A stretch of DNA of 64,000 nt, from the NCBI RefSeq assembly GCF_009914755.1, contig NC_060929.1; one strand, given 5' to 3'. The notes under the pieces were generated by a model. It was not told the DNA's origin and ran no database searches. It worked only from the letters and a program-made list of their open reading frames with translations. Source of the DNA: the human T2T-CHM13v2.0 reference genome, Homo sapiens. Of the stretch, positions 1-14,050 are shown piece after piece; position 1 is the stretch's first letter; each line of letters begins with the position of its first letter. A program made the translations under genes and the position numbers.

Positions 1-227
1 ACGCTCGAGATACTTGAATGCATGACTAAACTTACCATATAGATGATAAACTCCATGAATGTGTGTTAGATTGCTCCTTAATGACCTCCGTAGCATTTGA
101 CATGTACTTAATAAATATTTCTGGGTGGGGGAAGAATGAGCAATGAATGAAGTATTAAAATAAATTTCAGATAAGATCCCTGAAAATGTCTTTCATAGGC
201 AAAAGCAAATCAGATATTTTCTAGATC

Positions 228-395
228 TGTGATTCTTAAACCTAGTTGTACATCAGAATCACTTGATAGCTTACTCAAAATGCAAATCCCTGGGCTCCAT
301 TTTCCTAGCCCCTCAACACCCAAGAATCTGAGCAAATCTGGGTTAGGTTTAAGAAACTTTTATTTTAAAACATCTTCCAAGGTATTTCTAATCCA
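228..395. mobile_element. MER5-like hAT-Charlie DNA transposon remnant
   Basis: ctgtgattcttaaacc...catcagaatcacttg...aaatgcaaatccctgggctcca resembles the MER5A/B consensus. Confidence 0.6.
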
Positions 396-848
396 ATAAT
401 TTCAATAACAAAAACCAAAGAGAGCACCAACAGAATGTGAGCCTATTATGAAAAGCTTTAAAGGCTTACAAAGAAATATGTTCTATGTTATCTGTGACAT
501 TTTTAAAAGTTGTTAAAAACACAAGATCTAAATAGCCAGAAGAAAAAGAATCTCAATTGAAGTTTAGCTTTCTAAAAAGCTAACAAAGTTAACATTTTTA
601 TTCAATAATTCTTATTTTTATCATGGACCATCAATGAAGTAGAATTAAACATTTTAAATGAAGTTTCTGCTTCTTTGAGTATGGCACAATAGGTATTCCA
701 AATGCCTTCTGCATGATAAAACAGCTAGATCCCGAGTAAAATCTTTTTATTGCATTGCTAGGATAGCAATCTTTAATAAGAAGGAAAATCTCTGCTGACA
801 CCAGAGTGATGAACAGTAAGTGCATCCAAAAGGCATGAGCTTCTCTCA

Positions 849-855
849 GGGGGGG

Positions 856-886
<31 letters not shown>

Positions 887-889
887 TAT
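849..889. repeat. compound G7-A15-(TA)n microsatellite
   Basis: read directly from the sequence. Confidence 0.95.
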
Positions 890-1099
890 GTATCTCACAG
901 GTGTGATGGGGGACACCATGCCTTGACCCAGTAGCAAGGTAGAAAAACTGAATATGAAACTCACATATTAAGCCAAGGACCCAAGATTTGGAATAGAGTG
1001 ATCACTGCTCAGTAGCACTCTTTGGCTTTTAGGAAAATTTTCAGCAAAAATAATTTCTCATTGGAGGAAAAACTCTCGATTTAGACTTCAAGTTTCCTA

Positions 1100-1935
1100 C
1101 AGATTAATGGCAATCAAATTTGTGTTAACAATCAAAGATCAGGAATTACACAAGGAAATAAACCAAAATCAGTGAGAATCATCAGAAACAATAAAAAATA
1201 GACCAATAAGGACTTCAGATACTGAAATCAGCATATGAAATATTATAAACATGTATGTATGAAATGTTTAAAGAAACAAAAATAAAATATCAAAAAATAA
1301 GCCCAGGCTGGTGTGATGGCTTATTCCTTTAATCCCAGTGCTTTGGGCAGCCAAGGCAGGAGAATCACTTGAGCCCAGGAGTTCAAGACCAGCTTGGGCA
1401 AGAGCAAAACATTGTCTCTACAACAATAAAATTTAAAAAAATAAATCTGGCATAGTGAAGCATGCCTGTAGTCCTAACTACTGGGGAGACTGAGGTGGGA
1501 GGATCACTTTAGCCTGGGAGTTTGAGGTTACAGTGAACTATGATTGTGTCACTATACTCCGGCTGTGATGACAGAGGAAGACTGTCTCAAAAAAGTAAGT
1601 AAATAAATAAATAAAAATAAGCACCAGAAATATTTTGGAAAAATAATGAAAATATAATTGTGAAATAAAAATTTAGAGGATTTTCACAGCAGATTAGAAA
1701 CAGTTGATGAAAAAACTGAAATAAATAAATTGCTTAGCCTGAAATACAGAGAGAAAAAAATGGAAATTACAGAGAAGAGGTTAAAGGAAGAATAATAAGG
1801 TCTAAAATCACCAGCCCCGTTGATGGTTTTAGAAATATCAAAATAAGTCTAATTAGAATCCAAAAGAAGAGAATGAAAGAACGAACAGAAAAAAATATTT
1901 CAAGCGATAAGATTTGAAGTTTCTACATCTGTTAA
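1100..1935 (+). mobile_element. old L1M, N-terminal ORF1 region (outer host, split by AluJ)
   Basis: A-rich strand with degenerate ORF1 motifs (cagcagattagaaacagttga, aagtctaattagaatccaaaagaagagaatg). Confidence 0.6.
1306..1618 (+). mobile_element. AluJ
   Basis: dimeric Alu with J diagnostics (gagcccaggagttcaagacc, gaggtgggaggatcac); flanking repeat aaaaataagc. Confidence 0.9.
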
Positions 1936-2199
1936 TGGGGAGCTAGATAATTCGGACTAACTCTTCCACTGAAAACAACTGAAACATTTAAAAATATATA
2001 TTCTTAGAAGAACTTTTAAATCATATTGAAGAGTTAATAAGAGAGTGAGAAATTACTGAACTGTGATCCAAAATAAGACATGAATCTAGACAAGTGGGTC
2101 TAATAAGCAGGTCCACTTTGGCACTGAGAGAGTTTGCTGATCCAGGCAAGGTAGCTGGGAGACTGATGTGTAACTTTGACACAGTAACTTTGAGTTTCC

Positions 2200-2650
2200 T
2201 AAGGCAAGGATGTGAATATAAGTAACTTATTGAGAGATAATCCTAGAAAACACAATTAGGGTAGTGAGGAAGTTAGTTTGGAAAACAGTATCAACAAATA
2301 ATGATATTATTAGCAAGTTCCCACTGCAAGTAACTAAAGCTCATTCCTACTATGAAACTTTGGGAAGTAGTGCAGAGTACGTGACTAAAATCCATTTCAC
2401 CCTAGGAGAAAAGGAGTTGGAATATTTATCCACCAACTTTCACCAGTCATTGCTTTAGTGTTACTCCAAGGAAAGTTTTTATTTTCTGGCACTGCGGACC
2501 TGTCATGTATTGAAGAGAGTGGGCTCTGGGTACTGCAGAAAGCCCTGAGGCAAAGATATGCAGATTCTGGTAGTCAGAAGGCTGGTATATAAAATATAAT
2601 AGTAAAGCCCAAGGAGTTATGGGTAAAATAACTCAAGCACCTGCTTTAGG
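2200..2650. mobile_element. MLT1I/J-like MaLR LTR
   Basis: ggagttggaatatttatccaccaact...gtcattg and gaaagccctgaggcaaaga are typical of MLT1I/J. Confidence 0.55.
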
Positions 2651-3176
2651 TGACCTCACAAAGGTAGAGAGAAAAGTCCAAGCCCAAGACAGATAGCACA
2701 TAGGGACCTTAGTAAAATATCTTTTACTTTGTGCTAGCATCTGGAAGGAATTAATGCTAAAAGTAACAGTGAGGAAAATAAAAATAAAAATCTGCATTGG
2801 ACAAAAGGAATTCCATTTTAGAACTAAAGTTACTTCTACACATAAATTTTAAAATATGACTTTTAGGAAACAATAAAGCAATGTGTGAACAGGAGATAGA
2901 CATCATGAGGAAGAACTGGGAAGACAACAGACAACAGAAATAGACACACAAGACTTCAGGTAATGGAAGTAGCAGATGCAGACCAGCTATGTTTATCACA
3001 GTAAAGGAAATAAAAGCCAAGAATTACTATTTTAACAGGAAACCAGAAACCATAAAAGTTGCCATACTAGAAACTTGAAAAATAAATGGAAATAAATTTT
3101 TATACATATAAATTTATATGAATAAAAATATAAATCTGTAATTGAGAACTCAATGGATAGGTTTAAGACCAGATTA

Positions 3177-3555
<379 letters not shown>

Positions 3556-5317
3556 TCACATACATGTAATTGGAGTCCTGAAAGAAAAGAACAGATACTA
3601 CTATTGAAAGAAGTAAGTTCTGCGAATTTTACAGAACTGATGAAATACATCATAACATATTCAAGATAAATAAAAGCTAAATAGAATAAATAAAAAGAAA
3701 AGGACATAATTAAATCAGAGCAGCTAGAAAAAAAAAAAAGAAAAATCTTTGAATGAGACCAAAAAAATGATTACTATCGACAAAGAAGTAAAATGTAAAC
3801 CAGGGGCTAACGGCTAACTTCTCAGCAGCACACTGCTTGAATGATTTCTTCAATGTAGTGAAGTAAAATGATTGACAACCTAAAATGTTCTACCAAGTGA
3901 ATGTATGCTTTAAACATGGAAGCAAAACAAAGACATTTTTCAAACAAAGAACTGATAGTTCACCGCCAGAAGACTTACAAAATAAGACAATTACCAAGGG
4001 TGATCTCGGGCAGAAGAATACTCATTACAAATGAAAAATTAGAGATGCAGAAAAAGGTAGAGGGAAAAAGGATAAATATACAGGAATGCTTAAATAAGTA
4101 TTGACTTTTAAAAATAATAATAATACTGACTTTAGGTTTTACACATACATACCTATACACACACGTTAGCATTTAATTTGGGAGGGGGTAAATATGTATT
4201 CTGAGGTGGACTGATTTTAGGAAGAGAATAAAAGTGTCAATTATTAAAATATTTTCATAAGTGAAGAATACAAGTTATAATTTCTAGGATAAACTTTAAA
4301 AAATTAGACAAAGACTAAGTAACTTTCAGTGTACCCAATAAATATAAACAGAATGATTAAATAGAATAGTCAATCTAGAAAAATAAATTAGAGAAAAGAT
4401 GATATACAGCAGGTGAAAGGAAATTAAAAATACTAATAAGACAGGTTTCAGATATCAGTAATGACACTATATATAAATATCTTTTTTTTAGTAATTAGGT
4501 CAGATTTTTAAATTATATTTATATTTTTCTCTTTATTATTAACTTTTAGGTTCAGGGGTACATATGCAGGTTTGTAATATAGATAAATTGTGTGTCACGA
4601 GGGTCTGATGTACAGATTATTTTATCACGCAGGTAATAAGCATACCCAATAGACAGATTTTTTACCTACTCCCTCCTTCCACCCTCCACCCTCAAGTAGG
4701 CCCTAGTGTCTGTTGTTCCTTTCTTTGTGTCCATAGGTACTCAAGGTTTAGCTTCCATTCATAAGTGAGAATATGCAGTGCTTGGTTTTCTGTCTGTGCA
4801 CTAGTTCGCTTAGGATAATGGCCTCCAGTTGCAAAGGATATGATCTTGTTCTTTCTTATGGCTGTGTAGTATTTCATGGAGTATATATACCACATTTTCT
4901 TTATCCAGTCTATCACTGATAGACATTTGGGTTGATTCCATGTCTTTGCCATTGTGAACAGTGCTGCAATGAACATAGACGTGTATACGTCTTTATGGTA
5001 GAATAATTTATATTCCTTTAGGTATATTCACAGTAATGAAATTGCTGGGTCAAGTGGTAGTTCTAAGTTCTTTGAGAAATCACCACACTACTTTTCACAA
5101 TGGCTAAACTAATTTACATTCCTACCAGCAGTATATAAGCATTCTCTTATCTCCACAACCTCACCAGCATCTGTTTTTTTTGGTTTTTTTTTTTTTTTTT
5201 TTTTACTTTTTAGTAAAAGCTATTCTAACTGGTGTGAGATGGTATCTCATTGTGGTTTTGATTTGCATTTCTCTAATAATTAGCGATGTTGACCATATTT
5301 TAATATGCTTGTTGGCC

Positions 5318-5402
5318 ATATATATATATATATATATATTCTATTGAATTATATATATATATTCTTCTGTATATATATATATTATTTTGAATATATATAT
5401 AT
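5318..5402. repeat. interrupted (TA)n expansion inside L1
   Basis: read directly from the sequence. Confidence 0.9.
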
Positions 5403-8400
5403 TCTTTTGAAAAGTGTCTGTTCATGGTCCTTTGCCCACTTTTTAATGGGGTTGTTTGGTTTTTGCTTGTTAATTTATTTAAGCTTTAAAGGGATTCTGG
5501 ATATTTGACCTTTGTTAGGTGCATAGTTTACAAATATTTTCTCCCATTTTATGGGTTGTCAGTTTACTCTGTTGAGAGTTTCTTTTGCTGTGCAGAAGCC
5601 CTTTCATTTAATTAGGTCTCATTTGTCAATTTTTGTATTTGTTGCTCTTGCTTTTGATGTCTTCCTCATAAAATATTTTCCAGGTCCTTTGGTCAGAATG
5701 GTATTTCCTAGGGTATCTTCCAGGGTTTTTATAGCTTTAGGTTTTACATCTATATCTTTAACCCATCTTGATTTAATTTTTGTATACGGTGTAAGGAAGG
5801 GGTCAGGCAAAAATCTTCTGCATATGGCTAGGCACTTATCCCAGCACCATTTATTAAATAAGGAGTTGTTTCCTCATTGTTTGTTTTTGTCAACTTTGTC
5901 AAAGATCAGATGGTTGTAGGCATGCAGCTTTATCTCTGGACTCCGTATTCTGTTCTATTGGTCTATGTGTCTGTTTTTGTAGCAGTAGCATGCTGCTGCG
6001 GTTTCTGTAGGCTTGTAGTTTAGTTTGAAGTTGGGTAACATGATGGCTCTAGCTTTGTTCTTTTTGCTTAGGATTGCCTTGGCTATTCAAGCTCTTTTAT
6101 GGTTCCATATGAATTTTAAAATACTTTTTTCTAATTAGTTGCCATACTAGAACCTTGAAAAATAATGGAAATAAATTTTTATACATATAATTTATATATA
6201 TAAATTTGAAGAATGAAGAATGATGAATACAATTGAAGAATGTCATTGATAGTTTAATAGCAATAGCATTGAATCTGTATTTTGCTTTGAGCGGGATGGC
6301 CATTTTTAAAATATTAATTCTTCCCATCCATGAGTATGGAATGTATTTCCATTTGTTTGTGTCATCTCTGATTTATTTCAGCAGATTTTTTTAATTCTCA
6401 TTTCAGGGATATTTCACCTCCTTGGTTAGCTGTATTCCTAGGTATTTTATTCTTTTTGTGGTTATTATTAATGGGATTGCATTTTTGCTGTGGCCCTCAG
6501 CTTGGACATTGTTGATATACACAAATGCTACTGATTTTTGAACATTGTTTTTGCATCCTGAAATTTTGCTGAAGTTATTTGTCAGATTTAGTAGCTTTAG
6601 GGCCAAGACTATGGGGTTGTCTAGGTATAGAATCACATCATCTACAAACAGAGATAGTTTGACATCCTCTCTTCCTATCTGGATGCCTTTTATCTCTTTC
6701 TCTTGCCTGATTGCTCTGGCTAGGATTTCCAGTCCCATGTTGAATACAAGTGGTGAGAATGTGAATCCTTGTCTTGTTCCAGTTTTCAGGAGTAATGCTT
6801 CCAGCTTTTACCCATTCAGTATGATATTGGCTGTGGGTTTGTCATGGATGGCTCTTATTATTTTGAGGTATATTCCTTCAGTGCCTAGTCTGTTGAAGGT
6901 TTTTCACATGAAGGGATGTTGAATTTTAAACAAAGGCTTTTCTGCCTCTATTGAGATAATGTGGTTTTTGATTTTAGTTCTGTTTATGTGATTAATCATA
7001 TTTCTTGATATACATATTTTGAACTAACCTTGCATGCCATGGATAAAACCTACTTGATCATGGTGGATTAAGTTTTTGATGTGCTGCTGGATTCAACTTG
7101 CTAGTATTTTGGTAAGAATTTTTGCATCGATGTTCATCAAGGATATTGGCCTGAATTTTTCTTTATTTATTGTGTATCGGCCAGGTTTTGCTATCAGGAT
7201 GATGCTGGCCTTATGGAATTAGTGAGAAGTTGCTCCTTCTCAACCCTTTTGGAATAGTTTTAGTAGGAATTTTACCAGCACTCCTTTTACATCTGGTAGA
7301 ATTTGGCTGCGCTTTTTCTGGTTGGTAGACTTTTTATTACTGATTCAATTTTGGAACTCATTAGTGGCTTTTCAGGGATTCAGTTTCTTCCTGGATCAAT
7401 CTTGGGAGGTCATATGATTCCAGGAATGTACCATTTCTTCTAGGTTTTCTAGTTTGTGTGCAATAGAGGTGTTTGTAGTAGTCACTGAGAGATTTTTATA
7501 TTTCTGTGGGGTCAGTGATAATGTAACCTGTGTCATTTCTGATAGTGTTTATTTGGATCTCCCCTCTTTTTTACTTTATTAGACCAGATAGCAGCCTATC
7601 AATCTTATTTATTCTTTCAAAGAACAAAATCCTGGATTGATTGATCTTTTGTATGATTTTTGTGTGTGTCTCAATTTCCTTCAGTCCAGCTCTGATTTTT
7701 GTTATTTCTTGTCTTCTGCTAACTTTGAGGTTGATTTGCACTTGTTTCTCTAGTTCCCCTAGGTGTGATGTTAGATTGCTAATTTGAGATCTTTCTAACT
7801 TTTTGATGTGGGCTTTTAGTGCCATAAATTTGCTCTTACCACTGCTTTAGCTGTGTCCCAGAGATTCTGGTATGTTGTATCGTTGTTCTCATTAGCTTCA
7901 AATAATTTATTGATTTCTGCTTTAATTTTATTGTTTATCTAAAAGTCATTCAGGAACAGGTTGCTTAATTTCACGTAATTATATGGTTTTGGGAATTTTT
8001 TAGTATCGATTTCTATTTTTATTGCACTGTTGTCCAAGAGTGTGTTTGGTACATTTTGGGGTTTTTTGATTTTGCTGAGGGTTGTTTTATGGCTGATTGT
8101 GTGATCATTTTTAGAGTGTATGCCACATGCAGATGGGAAGAATGTATATTCTGATGATTTAAGGTAGAGAATTATGTATATGTCTGTTAGGCCTATTTGG
8201 TCAAATGTCAAGTTCAGGTCCTGAATGTGTTTGTTAGTTTTCTGCTACGATGATTTGTCTAATACTGTCAGTGGGGTATTGAAGTCCCCCATTATTATTG
8301 TATGCCTATTTAAGTCTCTTCATAGGTGTCTAAGAACTTGCCTTATGAATCTAGGTGTTCCCTGTATTGGGTGCATATGTATTCAGAATAGTTAGGTCTT

Positions 8401-9976
8401 CTTGTTGAACTGAACACTTTACCATTATGTAATGCCCTGCTTTGTCTTTTTCCATCGTTGTTGATTTAAAGCCCGTTTTTTTTTTTTTTCTGAAATTAAA
8501 ATAGTAAACCCTGCTTTGTTCTGTTTCCCAATTGCTTGGTAGATTTTTCTCCATCTCTTTACTTTGAGCCTATGCTCATCACTGCATGTGAAGTGAGTCA
8601 CTTATAGACAGCATACAAGTGAGTCTTGCTTCTTTATCCAATTTGCCACTCTGTGCCTTTTAATTGCTCATTAACATTCAAGGTTAATATTGATTTGTGC
8701 AGATTTGATCCTGTCATCATGTTGTTAGCTGGTTATTATGCAGACTTGATTGTGTGGTTGCTTTATAATGTCAGTGGTCTCCATACTCAAGTGTGTCTTT
8801 GTGATGGCTGGTAACAGTCTTTCTTCTCCATATTTAGCACTCCCTTAAGGATCTCTTGTAAGGCTGGTCTGGTGGTAATGAATTCTCTTAGCATTTGCTT
8901 GTCTGAAAAGGATCTTATTTCTCCATCACTTACGAAGTTTAGTTTGGCTAGATATGAAATTCTTGGTTGGAATTTCTTTTCCTTAAGAATGCTGAATATA
9001 GGCCCCCAATCTTCCAATTTTAGGGTTTCAGCTGAAATGTCTGCTGTTAGCCTGATGAGATTCCCTTTGTAGATGATCTGCCCCTTCTCCCTAGCTCCCT
9101 TTAATATTTTTTCTTTCATTTCAACCTTGGAGAATCTGATGACTATGTGTCTTAGGGATGGTCATCTTGTATAGTATCTCATAGGGGTTATCTGCATTTC
9201 CTGAATTTGAATGTTGGCCTCTCTGGTGAGGTTAGGGAAGTTTTCAAGGATGATATCCTGAAATATGTTTTTCAAATTGCTTGATTTCTCTTCTTCCCTT
9301 TCAGGGACATCAATGAGTCACAGATTTGGTCTATTTACATAATCTCATATTTCTCCAAGGTTTTGTTCATTCTTCTTTATTTGTTCATTCTTCTTTAATT
9401 TTTTCTCTTTATCTTTGTCTGACGGAGTTATTTTGGAGAACTGATCTTCAAGCTCTGAGATTCTCTCCTCAGCTTGGTCAATTCTGCTGTTAATACTTGC
9501 AATTATATTATGAAATTCTTGAAATGAGTTTTTCAGCTCTATCAGTTCATTTTGGTTCTTTCCTAAAATGATCATTTCATCTTTTATCTCCCGTGTCCTT
9601 TTGTAGTCTTCCTTAGAGTCCTTGCTTTGGGTTTCGACTTTCTCCCGAATGTTGATGATCTTCGTTCTTATCCATATTCTGAATTACATTTCTGACAATT
9701 CAGCCATTTCAGACTAGTTAAGAACCATTGCTGGGGGACTAGTGTGGTTGTTTGGAGGTAAGAAAATATTCTCTGGCTTTTTGAGTTGCCTAAGTTCCCG
9801 TGCTGGTTCTTTCTCCTCTAGTCGCTCCTGGGTCTTGGAGGAACCCCTGCTGATTACTGTCTCTGTACCTTCATTTCCTTTGTTAGATGTTCTGATCCAC
9901 AGGTCTCCCTTAAGCAGGGGCAGCAGTTGGCAGAGAGGCCATATTCTTGCTGGGTCAGCCCTAATCCGCTGTCTGA

Positions 9977-10335
9977 GTGCTTCCTGGGAGAAGATGGGGT
10001 TGCACCTGCCTGCAGAGTTTAGGCATAAGTGGGACTGCTGGGTTGAAAGCTCTAGCAGCTGTGGTATGTCTGGCTACTAGAGGAGGGGCTCAGTGGGGTC
10101 ACCCACCTTGCCATCCAAGTGCTTCCCAGAAGAACAGGAGGCTGTGCCCACCAGCTGAGTTCACACAGAAGTGGAACCACTGGGCTAGGAACTCTAGCGG
10201 GCATTTCCTGCCTGGCTACCAGTGGCAGGGATGAATGGGGTCACCCACCCTGCAGTCCAGGTGCTTCCCAGGACAACAGGAGGCTGCAGCCACCTGATGA
10301 GTTCAGACAAAGTGAGATCACTGGTCTGGAAGCTG
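9977..10335. repeat. ~2.5 diverged tandem copies of a 142-bp unit in the L1 5'UTR
   Basis: gtgcttcc recurs at 9977, 10119 and 10261; tggggtcacccacc and ctggctac recur with a similar period. Confidence 0.85.
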
Positions 10336-10944
10336 GTACTGGGCCTTGTCTGGCAAAGGAGGGTAGAGCAATCTAACTGCTCCCAGGAACCACGACTGCA
10401 GCCTCTATTAGGGCTATGGTGCTGGTGCTGGTCTGCTCCAGATCCCAAGGCTTATAGAGGTCCTGCTGGACTGGAGAGATGACCCTATAAAATGCCCAGG
10501 TAGCTCTCTGCCTCAGTATAGAAGTGCAGTGATAGGGTGCAGCGGGCCCAAGGAAATTCTCTCATTCACAGTCTTGCATGGGTCTCTGTGGAGGGTGTGA
10601 ATCCCCTGGGGGGCTCTCACTCACACCCTTTCCCACATTGAAGAGGTTCTACTGACTCCACACTGAGCCCAGACAGGCTAGTGGCCAGCTTTGCTCCTCC
10701 CTGCTCTCTGTGTCCCCCTGCTTCCTTGATGGATCCCAACATGGTTTCTTGGATAATCCGCCTGCAGGGTTAGTGTTCACTAGCCCCTTTGTTTCCTCTC
10801 TGTGAGAGCAGTGCTCATGAGCTGCTTCTAGTCCACCATCTTGACCCATCCCCTGGAACTATCTTCAGGTTAAGAGAAAAGATCATCATTCTCAATTTAA
10901 AAAAAAAAAATGATAATTCAAAATAAGTATGTAGAACACAAGGA

Positions 10945-11140
10945 CACAGGACCCAACCTGAAGCAGAGCCACCTAGCCAATCCACAAGCTTATGAGAGAT
11001 CCTGACTAATTGTTGAGTGCCATTGATATTTTGTCTTCTTGTTATGCACCAAAATCTGGCTGAGACAGAAATTAGTACCTAGATGTAAAGTGCTGCCATG
11101 ATGTAATACTGGCTTTGAGACTGAGTGGCAGGTGTAGAAA
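10945..11140 (+). mobile_element. MLT1 LTR 3' end plus start of MLT1 internal sequence
   Basis: cctgaagcagagccacc...ttgttatgcacc...gaca followed by gaaattagtacctaga...tgctgcc...ggctttgagactg. Confidence 0.55.
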
Positions 11141-11259
11141 AACAACTGTAACATCTATTCAGCCTCTAAGACAAGTATTTTCTCCTACTTTCTCTTCAAA
11201 AGTGGCCAAATCAGAATAGAAGGATCTTGTTTAAGTTGATAAGGGTTAACTACAAAAAT

Positions 11260-12890
<1,631 letters not shown>

Positions 12891-13717
12891 TTTTTTTAAT
12901 TTTATTTTTCCATAGGTTATTGGGGTACAGGTGGTGTTTGGTTACATGAGCAAGTTCTTTAGTGGCAATTTTTGAGATTTTGGTGCACCCATCACCCAAG
13001 CAGTATACACTGAACTCTATTAGTAGCCTTTTATCCCTCGCCCTCCTTCCACCCTTCCCCCCAAGCCCCCAAAGTCCATTGCATCATTCTTATGCCTTTG
13101 TATCCTCATAGCTTAGCTCCCACATATCAGTGAAAACATACGATGTTTGGTTTTCCATTCCTGAGTTACTTCACTTAGAATAATAGTCTCCAACTCATCC
13201 AGGTCACTGCTAATGTGGTTGATTCATTTCTTTTTATGGCTGAGTAGTATTCAATCATAAATACATACCACAGTTTCTTTATCCACTTGTTGATTGGTGG
13301 ACATTTGGGTTGGTTCCATGATTTTACAATTGTGCTGCTATAAACATGCATGTGCAAGTATCTTTTTCGAGTAATGACTTATTTTCCCCTGGGCAGATAC
13401 CCAGTAGTGGGATTGCTGGATCAATCCAGCAATTGGTATAAAAATAGAATTGGTAGTTCTATTTTTAGTTCTTTTAAGGAATCTCCACACTGTTTTCCCT
13501 AACAGCTGTACTAGTTGCATTCCCTGATCACTGAAAGGTACAAGTGTCCCCTGATCACTGCATACATGCCAGCATCTACTGGTTTTGATTTTTTATTATA
13601 GTCATGCTTGCAGGAGTGAGGTAGTATCGCATTGTGGTTTTGATTTGCATTTCCCTGATCATTATTTGTGTTGAGTATTTTTTCATATGTTTGCTGGCTA
13701 TTTGTATATCTTCTTTT

Positions 13718-14050
13718 TTTATTTTTATTTATTTATTTTTTTATTATACTTTAAGTTCTAGGGTACATGTGCACAACATGCAGGTTTGTTACATATGTAT
13801 ACATGTGCCATGTTGGTGTGCTGCACCCATTAACTCATCATTTACATTAGGTATATCTCCTAATGCTATCCCTCCCCCCTCCCCCCACCCCACAACAGGC
13901 CCCGCTATGTGATGTTCCCCTTCCTGTGTCCAAGTGTTCTCATTGTTCCTTGATGAAGCTGGAAACCACCATTCTCAGCAAACTATTGCAAGGACAAAAA
14001 AACAAACACCGCATGTTCTCACTCACAGGTGGGAATTCAACAATGAGAAC
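13718..14050 (-). mobile_element. short L1PA3/4-like 3' stub with 5' inversion (twin priming)
   Basis: minus-strand 3'UTR 13718-13948 joined to plus-strand ORF2 end 13952-14050; 18-bp TSD atttgtatatcttctttt at 13700-13717 and 14051-14068. Confidence 0.92.

Larger units (their letters stand above)
4510..10853 (-). mobile_element. full-length decayed L1PA15/16-like LINE-1
   Basis: 3'UTR (aaattgtgtgtcacg...tacagattattt...caggtaataagcat); ORF2 fragments incl. SLFVDD RT motif (6403-6738) and EN pieces; ORF1 fragments (8787-9575); 5' end reads GGGGATGGGTCAAGATGGTGGACTAGAAGCAGC on minus. Confidence 0.9.

Noticed and set aside
762-815. Exon-like segment ending in a good donor (ACA|gtaagt)
   Set aside because: Stops in all three frames, a weak acceptor, and no linked exon visible.
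9977-10335. Regularly spaced repeats resembling a CRISPR array
   Set aside because: The whole unit is homologous with no unique spacers, the context is eukaryotic L1, and there are no cas genes.
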